Assembly (NCBI RefSeq): GCF_009914755.1
Contig: NC_060944.1
Origin: the human T2T-CHM13v2.0 reference genome, Homo sapiens
Strand: one strand, 5' to 3'
DNA length: 64,000 nt
Every line of letters starts with the position of its first letter. Positions within the stretch are counted from its first letter, which is position 1. This document shows, piece after piece, positions 30,521 to 46,361 of the stretch. The notes beneath the pieces are model-generated. The model was not told the DNA's origin, did not search any database, and saw nothing but the letters and a program-made list of their open reading frames with translations. The translations under genes were made by a program, and so were the position numbers.

Positions 30521-31254
30521 GGCCATTTGCTTCCGGGGAGATCATCGTCTCTGGCCTGGGGTCTTTCTCTGTTGGAAGGTGAAAAGGTGTGGGGCAAGGG
30601 TGGGGGCACCCCGACGGTATTTGGGTGCTTAGGTTAGTTAGATGGGAAGAATGCTGAGGGACCCAAAGAACATCAAAGCCGATCGCTCTAAAACTCGGCG
30701 TGTTTCAGCTAAACGAGGTATCCAAGGAAAGGTGGTCGAGCCAGGTTTGCTTGAACACTTCCTTTTAACATCCACATGTGCCCTAGGACCCGATGAGTTC
30801 CCCGATGCACTGGAGATGTGGGGTGCTCTGAAGAAACAGGGCCCTGGAAATGCTTTGTTGGCTGGAGATAAAAGGGAAAGGGTAGCATTGTAAGATATTA
30901 GGGATAGAAGGACCAGTGGTCCTTCTAAAGGAAAGTGAGGAAACTAGCCTTTTGGCAAAAGCTCCCTGGAGGTGGCAAATTGGAATAGGGTCTGTGGTGA
31001 AGAGGGAATGGAAGGAGATTCCTATTTGCCTTGGTTTCTGGACAATATGAAGTTCTGAATTGGCTTAGTTTGGGGCAGTTCCTCTTGGAGAAATCAATAA
31101 ATTAATTAGCAGTTATCGTTATTTGCTTCAGTTGTGCAATGATTTTCCAGATAATACAGACAGATTAGCCAGACTTTGGCCTTGTCCACAGGGAGTTTGG
31201 AATATAGCAAGAGAAAGATAATGTGCGCACATAACCCTAGTCATAAGGGTTACA

Positions 31255-32970
31255 GAGTCATTCACGCCTTTGACAGGTATTTAGCTTACTGAACACATGT
31301 CTGATGTGGGGGAGTGGGGAAATGTGAACAAGACAGACAGGGCCTCTGCTCTCATTGACCTTAACATTCTAGTGGGAGCAACAGGCACTTAACAAGTAAA
31401 TAAATGAGAGAAATGAACATGGTAATTTCAGGTAATGGTAAATGCTATCAAGAAAATAAAAACAGCGTGGTCTGATAGAGAATTATAACCGGTGGTGACT
31501 CTTGGAGAAGGTTCTCATTTGAAATGACATTTGATCTGAGACCTGAATGAGGCAACAGGGAACTTGTGGGAATTCAGGGATGGAGAGGTTGTGGCTAGCT
31601 GGAGGGATGCAAGGAGGACTTTGAGGAGGCGGTAACATTGGATTTGAGCATGTAAGGTTAAGTAGGATTTGGAAATGTGGAGCTGGAAAAAAATTACAGA
31701 TGGAAAGAAGGGTGCAAACAAAGTTGTGGAGGCTGGAAAGTAAAGTTTTGCTGCTGCCTATGTGGAAGAGAGTTGTGAGAGAGGAGTTTGGAATAGCAAA
31801 ATTGTAGACTTAGGTAATATTAGGTCTTCTGAGGAACTCAGAGAACGTTGAGCAGATGAGCTCTTTAGTTTTATGGATGGAGAAACCAAGTTACTTCAGG
31901 ACCACTGATGCAGTGAAGCTGCTTTTGTAACTTAGGGTGTTCTGATTTATGAATTCCATTAACCTACATGTATTTGTTGAGGGCTCCTATGTTTTAGGTT
32001 GTGAGATACAGTGGTATACAAGACAGGCACAGTCCTGCTCTTACGGAGCTCACATTTCAGCTTGGGAGTAAAAAAATCCAACAAAAATTTTATTGTAATT
32101 TTGTTTAAGGCTGTGGAGGTAAAGAGCAGGAGACAAACAGAGGACTTGACTTAGTCTAGGGGTAAGGTAAGTCACTGAGGAAGCGATGTGAAGTCTGAGG
32201 GGTGAGATGGTACTACCTGCGTGAGGGGTGGGGTGCTGAGGGGCCAGCAGGTACAGAGGCTTGGGGTTGAAGCGGATGGAAGGCCAGGTGGCAGGAGCAG
32301 AGAGAGCAAAGGGGAGCTTGGCAAGACTGGAGAGAAAGGCGGGAAGCCAGGCCAAGTGGAGATCTGTGGGTTGGATTGAGAATTTTGACCTTTAGCCCAA
32401 GAGCTGTGAAATGGCGTAGTTCACGCCTATTTTCATGACATTATAGGCTTTTAGATTGGAGCCAGAATACAAATGGCCTTGAAGGTGAGGCCAGGGCATT
32501 TTCCATTTGAGAAGCTTCCAAGGTCAGGTGAATGGATGGTTGAGTCAGACGAGGATCCTTCAAGTTCTGAAAACCTGGGACACTGTGGTAGGCAGTGGGG
32601 ACCAGCGGTGTGGGAAGGGGACTTCATAGCAAGATCAATCTGTAATGTTCAGAGTAGGTACACTCACTTTGGGCATGAGAGATAGGGGGCAGCTAGGTGG
32701 GATCTGTTGGCATGGGTCAGAGCAGTGGTAATGAGAGCTTGTAGAGGTGAAATGGACAAGTCTTCCGTGTAAACTGGTTTGCTCTTGGAAAGGTGGGGGA
32801 TGGTGAGGGAAAGAAAACTAGATCCTGTCTTGGGTGGTTGAGAGGACAGTGATACCATTAACAGACACAGGGACACAGGAGCAGGTGTTAGACATTTAAT
32901 TGCATGCATGCTGAGTTTGGGGTGCTCTCAGAGTACACACCTGGCAGATGTTAAGTTTGGAGTCATCGAC
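31255..32970 (-). mobile_element. L2 (and MIR) fragments
   Basis: tatttgttgagggctcctatg...aagacaggcacagtcctgctcttacggagctcacatt; gaaatgacatttgatctgagacctgaatga. Confidence 0.6.
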
Positions 32971-33296
32971 CTATGAGGGAGATTGCCAGGGAGCTCTCTC
33001 TGAGAGTCCACATGGAAAGCCCAGAGGATTGGATAAGAGCTACTTGTTGCAGGGAACAGGCAGTCCTGACACTGGTTGTCTCAAATAGTGTCACAGGTGA
33101 GTGAAGGGACTCCCCTGCTTATTGTGGACATTCCCTTTGAGCTGATTCTAGGTGATGTCAGTGCTGTTTCCTGGGTAGACAATTATGACTTTGGTCCTGA
33201 TGATACCATTATATTTTGTGGGCTTTGGGATTTTGCATTTTTAAAAATGAAAGTAGGAGGAACTTATGACTCTGGTCTTTTAAAAAAAACTCAGTA

Positions 33297-33999
<703 letters not shown>

Positions 34000-34557
34000 T
34001 TACAAACCTCTTTGTTATTAAAAGACATTAAATGAATACCTTTCTGATTTAGAATGGCATCAAGTTGGAGTGTTTTTTGAGCTTTTTAGTCCTGTAAATC
34101 CTGTGTTATAATTGCCGTTATAGGGTTTTTTCATTAATTGAAGGGAACGTAGGCTAACGAGGAGTGGATTTCCCTAAGGTTATCACTGAGTGCAGACTAT
34201 GTGCCACAGAGCATTTTCATGTACATTGTATTATTTAATCCTCAGGACAACTCTGAGGGTGTTATATAAAATTTAGATTATTGAATTATTGTAGTTAGTA
34301 ACATTTTTTCTAAATAAAAGATGACATAGAAATGACTGATTTTAAAGGATAAGTTAAAGGATGTCAGTTTAATAAAAATACCTATAGAATCTTTGGTGTG
34401 TGATTTCTAAGGCAGTACCACTTTCGTTCATTCTTATGTGAATCTTCATAATTCAGTGATCATTTTTTTCTACTTGTAAGGTCACCAGTGTAATTTTTCT
34501 TCGAAGGATAAATATGCCCATAGGATAAATTAAGCTCATTTTTGAATTTAATATTCA

Positions 34558-35109
<552 letters not shown>

Positions 35110-35446
35110 TCACAGATGAGTAAACTTGGATGTACTGAATAACTTGTCCAAGGTCACAGAAGTTGTGCAAAATTGAGATTTGAACTCAGGGTTGTCTAAT
35201 GCCCAAACCTGTGTTCTTTTTATTATACCATTTGGCGTCTCATTTTTTTCTGAGTCCAGTCACTCTTTATGGACGTTCTTTGAAGGACTGACCTAATTCC
35301 AACAAACATTTTGAGAAATAAAGGAAGGAAAATAGATTTTTACAATAGGAAAGCTAACATTTTAAAAATCTTAAATTCACTTCAGTCTCTCTGGCTGACG
35401 ATCTGAGGACATAAATACCTTTTTAACTAATGAAATGAAAATTCTT

Positions 35447-35828
<382 letters not shown>

Positions 35829-35838
35829 CTAAATTTAT

Positions 35839-36610
35839 GTTCACAAGTCCAGTTTAGGCTGATCTGCTTTCCCCAGTGCAATGTAAGTTCCATGAGGGCA
35901 GGGGCCTGGAGCATAGTTCACAAGTCCAGTTTAGGCTGATCTGCTTTCCCCAGTGCAATGTAAGTTCCATGAGGGCAGGGGCCTGGAGCATAGTTCACAA
36001 GTCCAGTTTAGGCTGATCTGCTTTCCCCAGTGCAATGTAAGTTCCATGAGGGCAGGGGCCCAGAGCATAGTTCACAAGTCCAGTTTAGGCTGATCTGTTT
36101 TCCCCAGTGCAATGTAAGTTCCATGAGGGCAGGGGCCTGGAGCATAGTTCACAAGTCCAGTTTAGGCTGATCTGTTTTCCCCAGTGCAATGTAAGTTCCA
36201 TGAGGGCAGGGGCCTGGAGCATAGTTCACAAGTCCAGTTTAGGCTGATCTGCTTTCCCCAGTGCAATGTAAGTTCCATGAGGGCAGGGGCCTGGAGCATA
36301 GTTCACAAGTCCAGTTTAGGCTGATCTGTTTTCCCCAGTGCAATGTAAGTTCCATGAGGGCAGGGGCCTGGAGCATAGTTCACAAGTCCAGTTTAGGCTG
36401 ATCTGCTTTCCCCAGTGCAATGTAAGTTCCATGAGGGCAGGGGCCTGGAGCATAGTTCACAAGTCCAGTTTAGGCTGATCTGCTTTCCCCAGTACAATGT
36501 AAGTTCCATGAGGGCAGGGGCCTGGAGCATAGTTCACAAGTCCAGTTTAGGCTGATCTGCTTTCCCCAGTGCAATGTAAGTTCCATGAGGGCAGGGGCCT
36601 GGAGCATAGT
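35839..36610. repeat. Minisatellite/VNTR: 10 x 77 bp, derived from an L2 3' end
   Basis: Unit gttcacaagtccagtttaggctgatctgctttccccagtgcaatgtaagttccatgagggcaggggcctggagcata starting at 35839, 35916 ... 36532; L2 tail (aaatatctgttgaatgaa) follows. Confidence 0.97.
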
Positions 36611-37111
36611 GAGCAGTAAATATCTGTTGAATGAAGGAATAAAATTCTGTAATTTACTTCTTATGACTTTTAAAAAAGTCGTCTTTACCCACATGACTGC
36701 CATATATGTCTTCTGTCCTTATATTGCTCCTGAACTTCTCTGTCATCCACTGTTTGGTGGGCATCTTTTATTGTCACCTCATACTGAATCATGTATAACA
36801 CCAAACTTCTATCCTCATTGAAAAAAATAGTCTTTTTCTTTGTACTTCCTTATTTGTTTTAGCTAAATCCAAATTTAGCTAACCAAAGGTCAAAACTTAG
36901 CAGTAATCTTTGGCTCTTTCTACCTGTTTGTTTTTTTCTGCTCTCACACTGTATAAATTTGTTTCTTTCCATTTCTTCTGCTGCCATTCTAATGTACCTA
37001 ACCCTTCACCTCATTGCTGACCTGCTTCTGTTGCACTTTTACTGTTTTCTTACACCTGCAGAGTCTGCTTCACACTTTGTCATATCAGTCTTCTAAAAAA
37101 CATGTGTCTCT

Positions 37112-37561
37112 ATGCACACGTATGTTTATTGCAGCACTATTCACAATAGCAAAGACTTGGAACCAACCACTGATGGGCTATCCAGCCCATCAGTGATAGA
37201 CTGGATAAAGAAAATGTGGCACATATACACCGTGGAATACTGTGCAGCCATAAAAAATGGTGAGTTCATGTTCTTTGCAGGGACATGGATGAAGCTGGAA
37301 ACCATCATTCTTAGCAAACTAACACAGGAACAGAAAACCAAACACCGCATGTTCTCACTCGTAAGTGGGAGCAGGGAGGGGAACATCACACACTGGGGCT
37401 TTCGGTGGGTAGGGGGATAGGGGAGGGATAGCATTAGGAGAAATAGCTAATGTAGAGTATGGGTTGATGGGTGCAGTAAACCACTGTGGCACGTGTATGT
37501 CTGTGTAACAAATCTGCACGTTCTGCACATATATCCCAGAACTTAAAGTGTAATAAAAAAC
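37112..37561 (+). mobile_element. 5'-truncated L1PA (older primate) 3' end
   Basis: ORF2 C-terminus/3'UTR; 16-bp TSD aaaaacatgtgtctct at 37096-37111 and 37562-37577. Confidence 0.93.
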
Positions 37562-37792
37562 AAAAACATGTGTCTCTTATTTTGCTTCTTTTATTACCTC
37601 TAAAATGATCCTCAGCAGAAGGATCCCATTCCTTTCACATCCCTTTTTTTCCTAACCAAATCTTTCTACTTCGTAGTTTTTCTGTGTTTGCTAAATTCAG
37701 CACCTCCCTCCTCACTGCTCCCCCATTCTTTCTTTTCATCTCTACTTACCAAGGCCCACCTTCAGTTCTCTATAATCTATAATTCATACCCT

Positions 37793-38058
37793 TTTTTTTT
37801 TTTTTTTTTTTGAGAGACAAGGTCTTATTCTGTCATCTAGGCTGGAGGGCAGTGCTCCTGGGCTCAAGTGATCCTGCCACCTCAGCCTCCCAAGTGGCTG
37901 GGATCACAGGCCAGTGTGCCCAGCCAATTTTTAAATTTTTTGTAGAGATGAGGTCTCACTATGTTGCCCAGGCCAATCTGGAACTCCTGTCCCCAAGAGA
38001 TCATCTCGTCTTGACCTCCCAAAGTGCTGGGATTACAGGCATGAGCCACTGCACCTGA
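37793..38058 (-). mobile_element. AluJ with internal deletions
   Basis: poly-T + reverse Alu. Confidence 0.85.
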
Positions 38059-38457
38059 CCCCTATTATCTTCTTTTGAAATGAGTCATCTGCTAATTCAC
38101 TTCATAAATATCTGCTGAATATTGTGTGTTAGGTACTGTGCCCTTCCTTGAGGATATGAAGGTGTGTAAGAATCAGGCCTTGCTTTCCCCTAAGAGAAGT
38201 TATAACTATGAAGGGAAGACAGCTACGTACACAGCAATTAGAATTTCATAATAAAAATACAGGCAATATGTGGTGCTGGACTAAGATGTGATTGACTTAA
38301 CTCTTTTGGGGGTTCTGGTGGAAGACATCACAGAAGAGAGGACATTTGGGCAGGTCTGAGAGGTTTAGTGTGAGTAGACCATCTGGGGGAGAAAGACATT
38401 CCAGAAGGAATGAAGAGTTGATGTGCAAAGGCAAAGAATTATGGATTATCATACTTA

Positions 38458-38907
38458 GTGTATTAATTTCCAAGGGCTGTTACAGTGAAGTGCCACAAAC
38501 TCATGGCATAAAACAACAGAAATTTATTCTTTCATAGTTCTGGGGACTAGAAGCCTGCAATCAAGGTACTGGCAGGGCCACGATCTCTCTGAAGACTCTC
38601 AGGGAGGATCTGTTCCATGCCTTTCTCTTCGCTTCTGGAGTTGCCAGCAGTCCTTGGCATTTTGGCTTGTAGATGCATCACTTCAGCCTCTGCCTCCGTC
38701 CCTTCAATCTCATGTGATACTCTCCCTCCCTTTGTGTCTCTGTCTTTTCTCTTAAGGGTACCAGTCATAGTGGATGAACGAGTATGACATCATCGTAACT
38801 TTGTTGCATCTGCCAAGACCCTGTTTCCAAATAAGGTCACATTCACAGGGACCCAGGGTTAGGACTTTGACATATCTTTTTGGGGAACACAGTACAACCC
38901 ACAGCAC
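38458..38907 (-). mobile_element. MLT1C-like MaLR LTR
   Basis: aaacaacagaaatttattctttcatagttctgggg...ccaaataaggtcacattcacagg...gggttaggactttgacatatcttttgggg. Confidence 0.8.
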
Positions 38908-40225
38908 CTGGAGAACTGAATGTAGGTGCCTGTTGTTGGAACATAACTTGTGAGGGGTGTAATGGAAGGAAGGGGGTGAGGTTGTAAGGTTATAATGGCC
39001 TCTTTTTGTCCCTTCCCAACAATCTCCAGCTTCTGGGTTTATGCTTGACCTAGGATAAGCCCTCAGGGCATTCCAGTTTCTGGCCGTGCTGATTGTTTTG
39101 AAATGGGTTTATGATTGATTTTAATGGACTCAATCAGAGTGAATCTCAGGACTTTTGTCGGAGATCCCTTTCCTCTGTGGGCGTTTAGAAGGACATGTGT
39201 TGCCTTCTTTTCTGTGTGGCGAGGCCATAATGCCTAGAACTGTTAAGAGTTAGCGTTGCTGCTGTAAGGAATTCACCTCAGGTCAGAACAACTCCCAGAA
39301 GATGGAGGATGGCAGAGAAATGGAGCCGGAGACCTGATAACTTTCTGAATCTCTGGATCAAAACTTGCCTGAAGGTGTAGTTTTTGGTTTGTGAAGTACT
39401 GCAGTCCATGTTTTTCTTAAGCCGGTTAGAGTTGGATTTCCTTCCACTTACAGTAGAACAATTCCTAACATACAGAGGGAGGGAGGTAGAGCCAGCTGAC
39501 TAGGGTTAGTCAGTTAGGGCTTCTGTAACAAATTACCATAGACTTTACCTCGATGAAAGGTTCCCAAGATGGGCAGATGCTTTTTATTTACCGCAGTATA
39601 GAGGACAGGTATGTACGCAGGAGAAAAAGGAGAGTGTGTGTTTATGATCAGAACAGTTTTGATCATATAAATGTGATTAAGTGATTTAATACATTTGTAG
39701 GTTATTTTTATCTTAAGAAATACAGAAGTGAGTACCTAGTGTTATGATTGAACAGAAATCTTACACTGGTTTTTCTTGTTAATACAATCATATTTCCAAA
39801 ACTGAAATGAAACTATAGTTGTACTTTTTGAAATACTTGTGTCTGGAAATTGGCCATTAACTTACTATGATACTTGTTTCCCACTTAAATAGTACTCTCC
39901 TATTTTCTGTGAATTCCCAAATGCATTTTGGCAAGTGACTTCCATCTATATACTATATACTGTTCTCATCTTTCATTTTTACTTTGTTCCTTCCATTTTC
40001 CCTTTTCTTTCTATACTTCAAACTGCTCTGTTATTATTAACGTGACTTCCTTCTTATGAGGGCTTTCTTATATTTGTCTTGCTTTTTTCCCACTTTTCAT
40101 TTTCTTTATGTCATATCTCTTTAACTGCTTTTCTTTTATCACTGAGACCATGGTTCGATATCCTTTCAATTAAAACATTGAAAAAGTTTTTTTTCTTTTT
40201 CTGCTAGTGGATTGATCTTCGAGTG

Positions 40226-40516
40226 TTTGAGACAGGGGCTTACCCTGTCACCCGTGCTGAAGTGCGGTGGTGCAATCACTGCTCACTGCAGCCTTGACCA
40301 CCTTGAGCCTCTGGGCTCAAGTGCCTCCCACCTCAGCGTCCTGAGTAGCTAGAACTGCAGGTGCGCACCACCATGCCTGGCTAATTTTTTAATTTTGTGG
40401 AGATGAGGTCTCACTATGTCGCCCAGGCTGATCTCGAACTCCTGGGTTCAAGCAATCCTCTCATCTGCGCCTGCCAAAGTGCTGGGATTACAGATGAGAG
40501 CCACCATGCTTGGACC
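40226..40516 (-). mobile_element. AluJ
   Basis: Reverse Alu. Confidence 0.85.
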
Positions 40517-42224
40517 CTTTAAATTTTTAATTAAGTTTTCAGTTTTTTTCAGTTTACGTTTTGGGTGGACTTCAGTTCTAGCTGTTTATTTACATGCTTA
40601 CCTATTGAGAATTTTCTGTTTTTCACTTAGAGAAGTTAATTTTAGTAATGGGTGAATTTCCTTTTTTTTTTTTTTTTTTTTTTAGAATTTGACATTAAAA
40701 GTATACAATTATTAAATGAATGAATTTTCCAATTAATTTCTCTTGGTCCTTTTTGTATTTTAAGAATTTTTTGATTGGTTTACTAATAAGCCAGTAAACA
40801 TTAGGGGCTGGAATTCTGTCAGTTGCTGTTAAGAGTCACATAAGTAACCTCCCTTGACCTGTGTTTTCTAAATTTTTAAATTCACAGATCCTTTCACAAA
40901 AATGTATAATCTTATGGACTCCCGTAGGAATTAAAAAATAATAATCTTTTAAAAAATGTATCCTGTTTTTAAGATAATTTTAAATAAAGTAAAAGTAGTT
41001 TGTTAATAAAGATTATAATGTCTATTTTAAATATAATTTATAATGATATTCAAAGGAAAATTTGACCTTACTCTATTTAAAACGTGGTGCATATATTGTT
41101 TCATGTACTTTAATTATGTAAGGAAAAGCATGAGTTGTAGACAAAAAAAAAAGACATTACATTTTGGGATAAAATGTATATTAACATAGAGATTGAATTT
41201 AACTGTGTTTTGTGCTATTAAAAATAGTTTTCCTGTCCTAATGTTTGATATTCATAAATATGTGCTTTCACAATTATTTTTTAGAATTTTTTTGCGTGTT
41301 TTGATTCTGAATGATAAAATGATAGCGATTTTCAGCTATTTGTAAGCATTTCTCTGCAAATAACACATTTCCTGTTTGGATAGTTTTTCTCTAAATTGAA
41401 TGAAAAGGCCAACCTGGCTATAATTGTCACTCAGTTTTCCCTTTTGAACACTGTTTTTGAAGTACTGGAGATATCAAGGATTTTGATCAGAAGGTTTGGC
41501 AAAGATGATCTTGAGACAGATCTGCAGAATTAGATTCATTTTATGCCTTCTCAGAACTTATATATAAATATCATTGTGTCTTATGCTTCTCTTTTGATAG
41601 ATGACATGACTGTCTTTTAATGGGAGCAGTATTTGGACAACTCTTTGAGAAACACTGACCAATACTGACAAAATGTATAACTCATTTTTTTAAAGTGATG
41701 ATATGTTTAGTGCTGGTTCAGTCTCTGAACTAACTATAACTTCCTATTAATATGAAATATTTGAAGCCTATGGAAGAGATGCGAGGAATATCTCTTTGTA
41801 CTTGCAACCTGGTTTTTCTGAATTTTCTTCATATTAATGTTATTCTAAAAAGTAAAATGTTACAGATACTGACCAAGGTCCCCATGTTACCACCCCTTCT
41901 TAATCCTCTTCACCGTACCCTTTCCCCAGAGGTAACTAGTATGGTGAAGTTGATGTTTATTATTTCTCTTGCATGTTTCTACTCTTATTACAGAGAGTAC
42001 AGAGAGATATTTCTGCAAACAATATCTTATTCCCAAAAACATGTAGCATTTTTTAATCTTGAGATGAGATATGCTGGAGATTTATCTGTTGATAAATGTA
42101 GTTCTAGTGGATTCATAGTTAATATTAATTACAGAAGGATTCCAGTTTACTTACCCATTTTCCTGCTGATGGGCATTTAGAGTTTTCCAACTTTTGCTGT
42201 TACAAATAGTACTACAATTACATT

Positions 42225-42517
<293 letters not shown>

Positions 42518-42836
42518 AATTAACATTCTTTACCTATCTCTTTTTGCATACATGTGTGATTTTTCTCTAGGGTAGTGATCTTCAGTCTTTTGAAACACCT
42601 CCAAAATAACTGAAATTCTTTTTACTTCCTTGCTTTCAGGTTGACATGCAGTTGACACATATTATTTTTCAAAAAAAAACAGATTTATAGAGTTGAAGAG
42701 ATACAATTTCTGTATATTATAAATAGAGCTGCTGAAAAAATTCCCCATTATACAGTATTACTTTAAAAATATTTATTGAGTAGAATCCAAATTCCATAGC
42801 AGTTTAATAACCTTTCTCATTTTAAAAAATACATGA

Positions 42837-43140
42837 GGCCGGGCATGATGACTCACACCATAATCCCAGCACTTTGGGAGGCTGAGGTGAGAGGATTGCT
42901 TAAGCCCAGGAGTTTGAGACCAGTCTGGGCAACATAGGGAGACCCCATCTCTATAAAAAAATTTAAAAATTTGCAGGGCATGATAGCACATAACTGTAGT
43001 CTTAGCTACTTGGGAAGTTGAGGTGGGAGGGTCACTTGAGCCCAGCAGTTTGAGGCTGCAGTGAGCTAAGATCACACTACTGCATTCTATCCTGGATGAC
43101 AGAGAGGGACCTTGTCTTTAAAAAAAAAAAAACAACAAAG
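42837..43140 (+). mobile_element. AluJ
   Basis: Forward Alu with J diagnostics. Confidence 0.9.
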
Positions 43141-43779
43141 AAACCAAAACCCACATGTAGTAAATGTTATTATTCTTTTCCTTTATGGCTTGTCCTTTTT
43201 GTGTTATATTATAAAATTCCTTTCCTGTACTGACCTTGTAAATATACTCTTCTATATTTTACTTCCTCAAAATTTAAAATTTTTGCTTTATTCCATTCTG
43301 ATCTTTTATCCACCTGTAACTTGTTTCTGTGAATGATTTGTTATATTGACCTAATTTAATTATCTTTATATGGTAAGCGGTTGTTGCAGTTCCATTTATA
43401 GAACAGTTTTGCCCCTGCTCCCCGTTTGTATTGAATTGTGCTATAATCATTTAAAACTTCAGACTTGTCTTGATTGTTCTTAACTCTTGGCTCCCCTAAT
43501 TTCAACAAAAATCCCTGTTGATATTTTGTTGGAATTTCACCTGATGTTGAGATAAGCCTGGGGAAATCTGTCATCTTTATTATAGAGGGTCTTTCCATCC
43601 TTCGCATCCTTCTGGAAAGATGCTTTATATTTCCAGTTTAGGTCTCATATCTTTCAGTAAATTCTTATAGCTTTTTTCAAATGATCTGACACACTTTTAT
43701 TAGATTTACTACTCGATAGAGAATTTTGTTATTACTAGAAACTAATTGATTACTATAGTACCTAGGAATGGATTTTAAA

Positions 43780-43780
<1 letters not shown>

Positions 43781-43815
<35 letters not shown>
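43781..43815. repeat. (TTA)n microsatellite
   Basis: ~11 TTA units. Confidence 0.95.
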
Positions 43816-44401
43816 GCACTGAGTAATATTTAGCTCATGAGTATCTGTATTTATCTGGGCACCTCTCTGAAGTCTGGTAAACTTATTCACCTGTCTGGAT
43901 CTAGGCAGGAGGTTGACTGGGCTCAGCTGGTGGGGATGGGGGTGTCACAGCTGTCACATCTCTTTGTACCAGAGGCTGGCTGAGCCTCACCATCATGGTG
44001 ATGGCAGAAGTGCAAAGGCAGAATTTATTTCCTCGTATTTTGAATTTTTATATCTATGAATCCTTCCTAAGCTCTTGTAGTACTGGTAGCTTGTGTGTGG
44101 ATTCTCCTGTTCCCCATGTTGATAGTCATGCTGCCAATAAGTTGTGACAGTTTACTTCTAAACTGTATACACCTTCTTTCTTTTTCTTGTGTAATTAATG
44201 AGCTAGTTCATGTTGTTGAATATTATCAATGTAGGACATTGTTGAATGGTCTTGATCCTGACTTTAAAAAGAATCCTATGGAATAGTTCCCTGCACATAG
44301 AAGGTGGCCTGTGATTATATTGATTTTTGTCTTTTCATCTGTTAATGTGGTAAATTACACTTACATACTTTTTAATTGTTAGACCATCTTTGTATTCCTG
44401 A

Positions 44402-44785
<384 letters not shown>

Positions 44786-45264
44786 CTGAATTTTTGAACT
44801 GTGCTTGTGAGCTTTTCTTTTGGCAAGCATGTCAGATTTTGTCTGTTGTTTTATTTTGTCTTCACCCTTGAATGCTCATATAGCTGGGTCTGGAATTTAA
44901 GATTGATCATTATTTTCTTTGAGCAATTTGAATGTTTTTTTCCAATGTCTTCTGATTTTTATTACTGATGTTTCAAAGTCAGCTGTCAGTCTAATTCATT
45001 CATAGGTAATTTTTTTTCTTTCTCTCTTTTTTAGCTTCTTACTCTGGAAAATTTCAAATAAACAAAAATGGAAGGTATAACAAGTGTGACGTGTCTGTCA
45101 CCAGCTTCAACATTTGCAACTCATAGCCAGTCTTTTTCACTTTTACCACTGCCCCATTCCCATGCCTTCCCCTCCTCCCACCAGCCAGCATAGATTATTT
45201 TGAAGTAAATCTCAGGTGCCATTTTGTTTCCTTCTGGTTGTTTTTCTTTTCCTTTTTCTTTTTT

Positions 45265-45548
45265 TCCTTTTTATTTTTATTTTTATTTTTTTGAGACAGA
45301 GTCTTGCTCTTTCACTCATGCTGGATTGCAGTGGTGTGATCTTGACTCACTGCAACCTCTGTTTCCCGAGTTCAAGCGATTCTGGTGCTTCACCTTCCTG
45401 AGTAGTTGAAATTACAGTTGTGTGCCACTTTTTTATTTTTAGTAGATATGGGGTTTCACTGTTGTCTCGAATTCCTGGCCTCAAGTAATCTGTCCGCCTT
45501 GGCCTCCCAAAGTGCTGGGATTACAGGTGTGAGCCACCACACCAAACC
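45265..45548 (-). mobile_element. Alu (diverged, internal deletions)
   Basis: Reverse Alu. Confidence 0.8.
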
Positions 45549-46113
45549 ATTCTGGTTTTTTATAAGTGCTCTTGCTTTTACTCATAGTCTATCTCTGTTA
45601 TTTTTTTCTTTCCCTTTCTCTTTTGGTTGATTGTATTAACGTAGTATTACTATGATGTGCCCAAATGTGGATTTATTTTTATTTTGCTCAGTGTATGTGC
45701 ATTCTTTATCTGAGGATTCAAGTCTGTTATCATTTCTGGGAAATTCTCAGGTATTATCTTTTGAAAGCTTCCTTTACATTTTATTTGTTATTATCTCTTA
45801 GTACGACTTTTAGACAGACACATGTTGCCTATTCTTTTTATTCTGTTTACTTTCTACTTCTCATAATTTTTATCTATTTCCCTCTGTTGCATTCAGGATA
45901 ATTTCCTCAGATCTGTTCTCTAGTTCACAAATTCTCACTTTAACTGTATCTAATTTGTGGTGTAACTTGTTAAATTTTCATTTTCAGTGACTGTATTTTT
46001 AATTTCTAGAGGTTTTATCTTTTATTAATAAAACTGGCTGCTTATTTTCATAGTGTTATTTTTTGATACTTTTGATCCTATTGTGCCTTTAAGCAATTTT
46101 AATTAATTAATTA

Positions 46114-46361
<248 letters not shown>

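Noticed and set aside
29684-30632. Antisense/alternate-frame ORFs (127-192 aa) over ATRN exon 1
   Set aside because: Shadow ORFs expected from GC-rich, triplet-repeat CpG-island sequence; no recognisable domain
35839-36610. CRISPR-like array
   Set aside because: Units are contiguous 77-mers with no unique spacers, no cas genes, eukaryotic context; it is an L2-derived minisatellite
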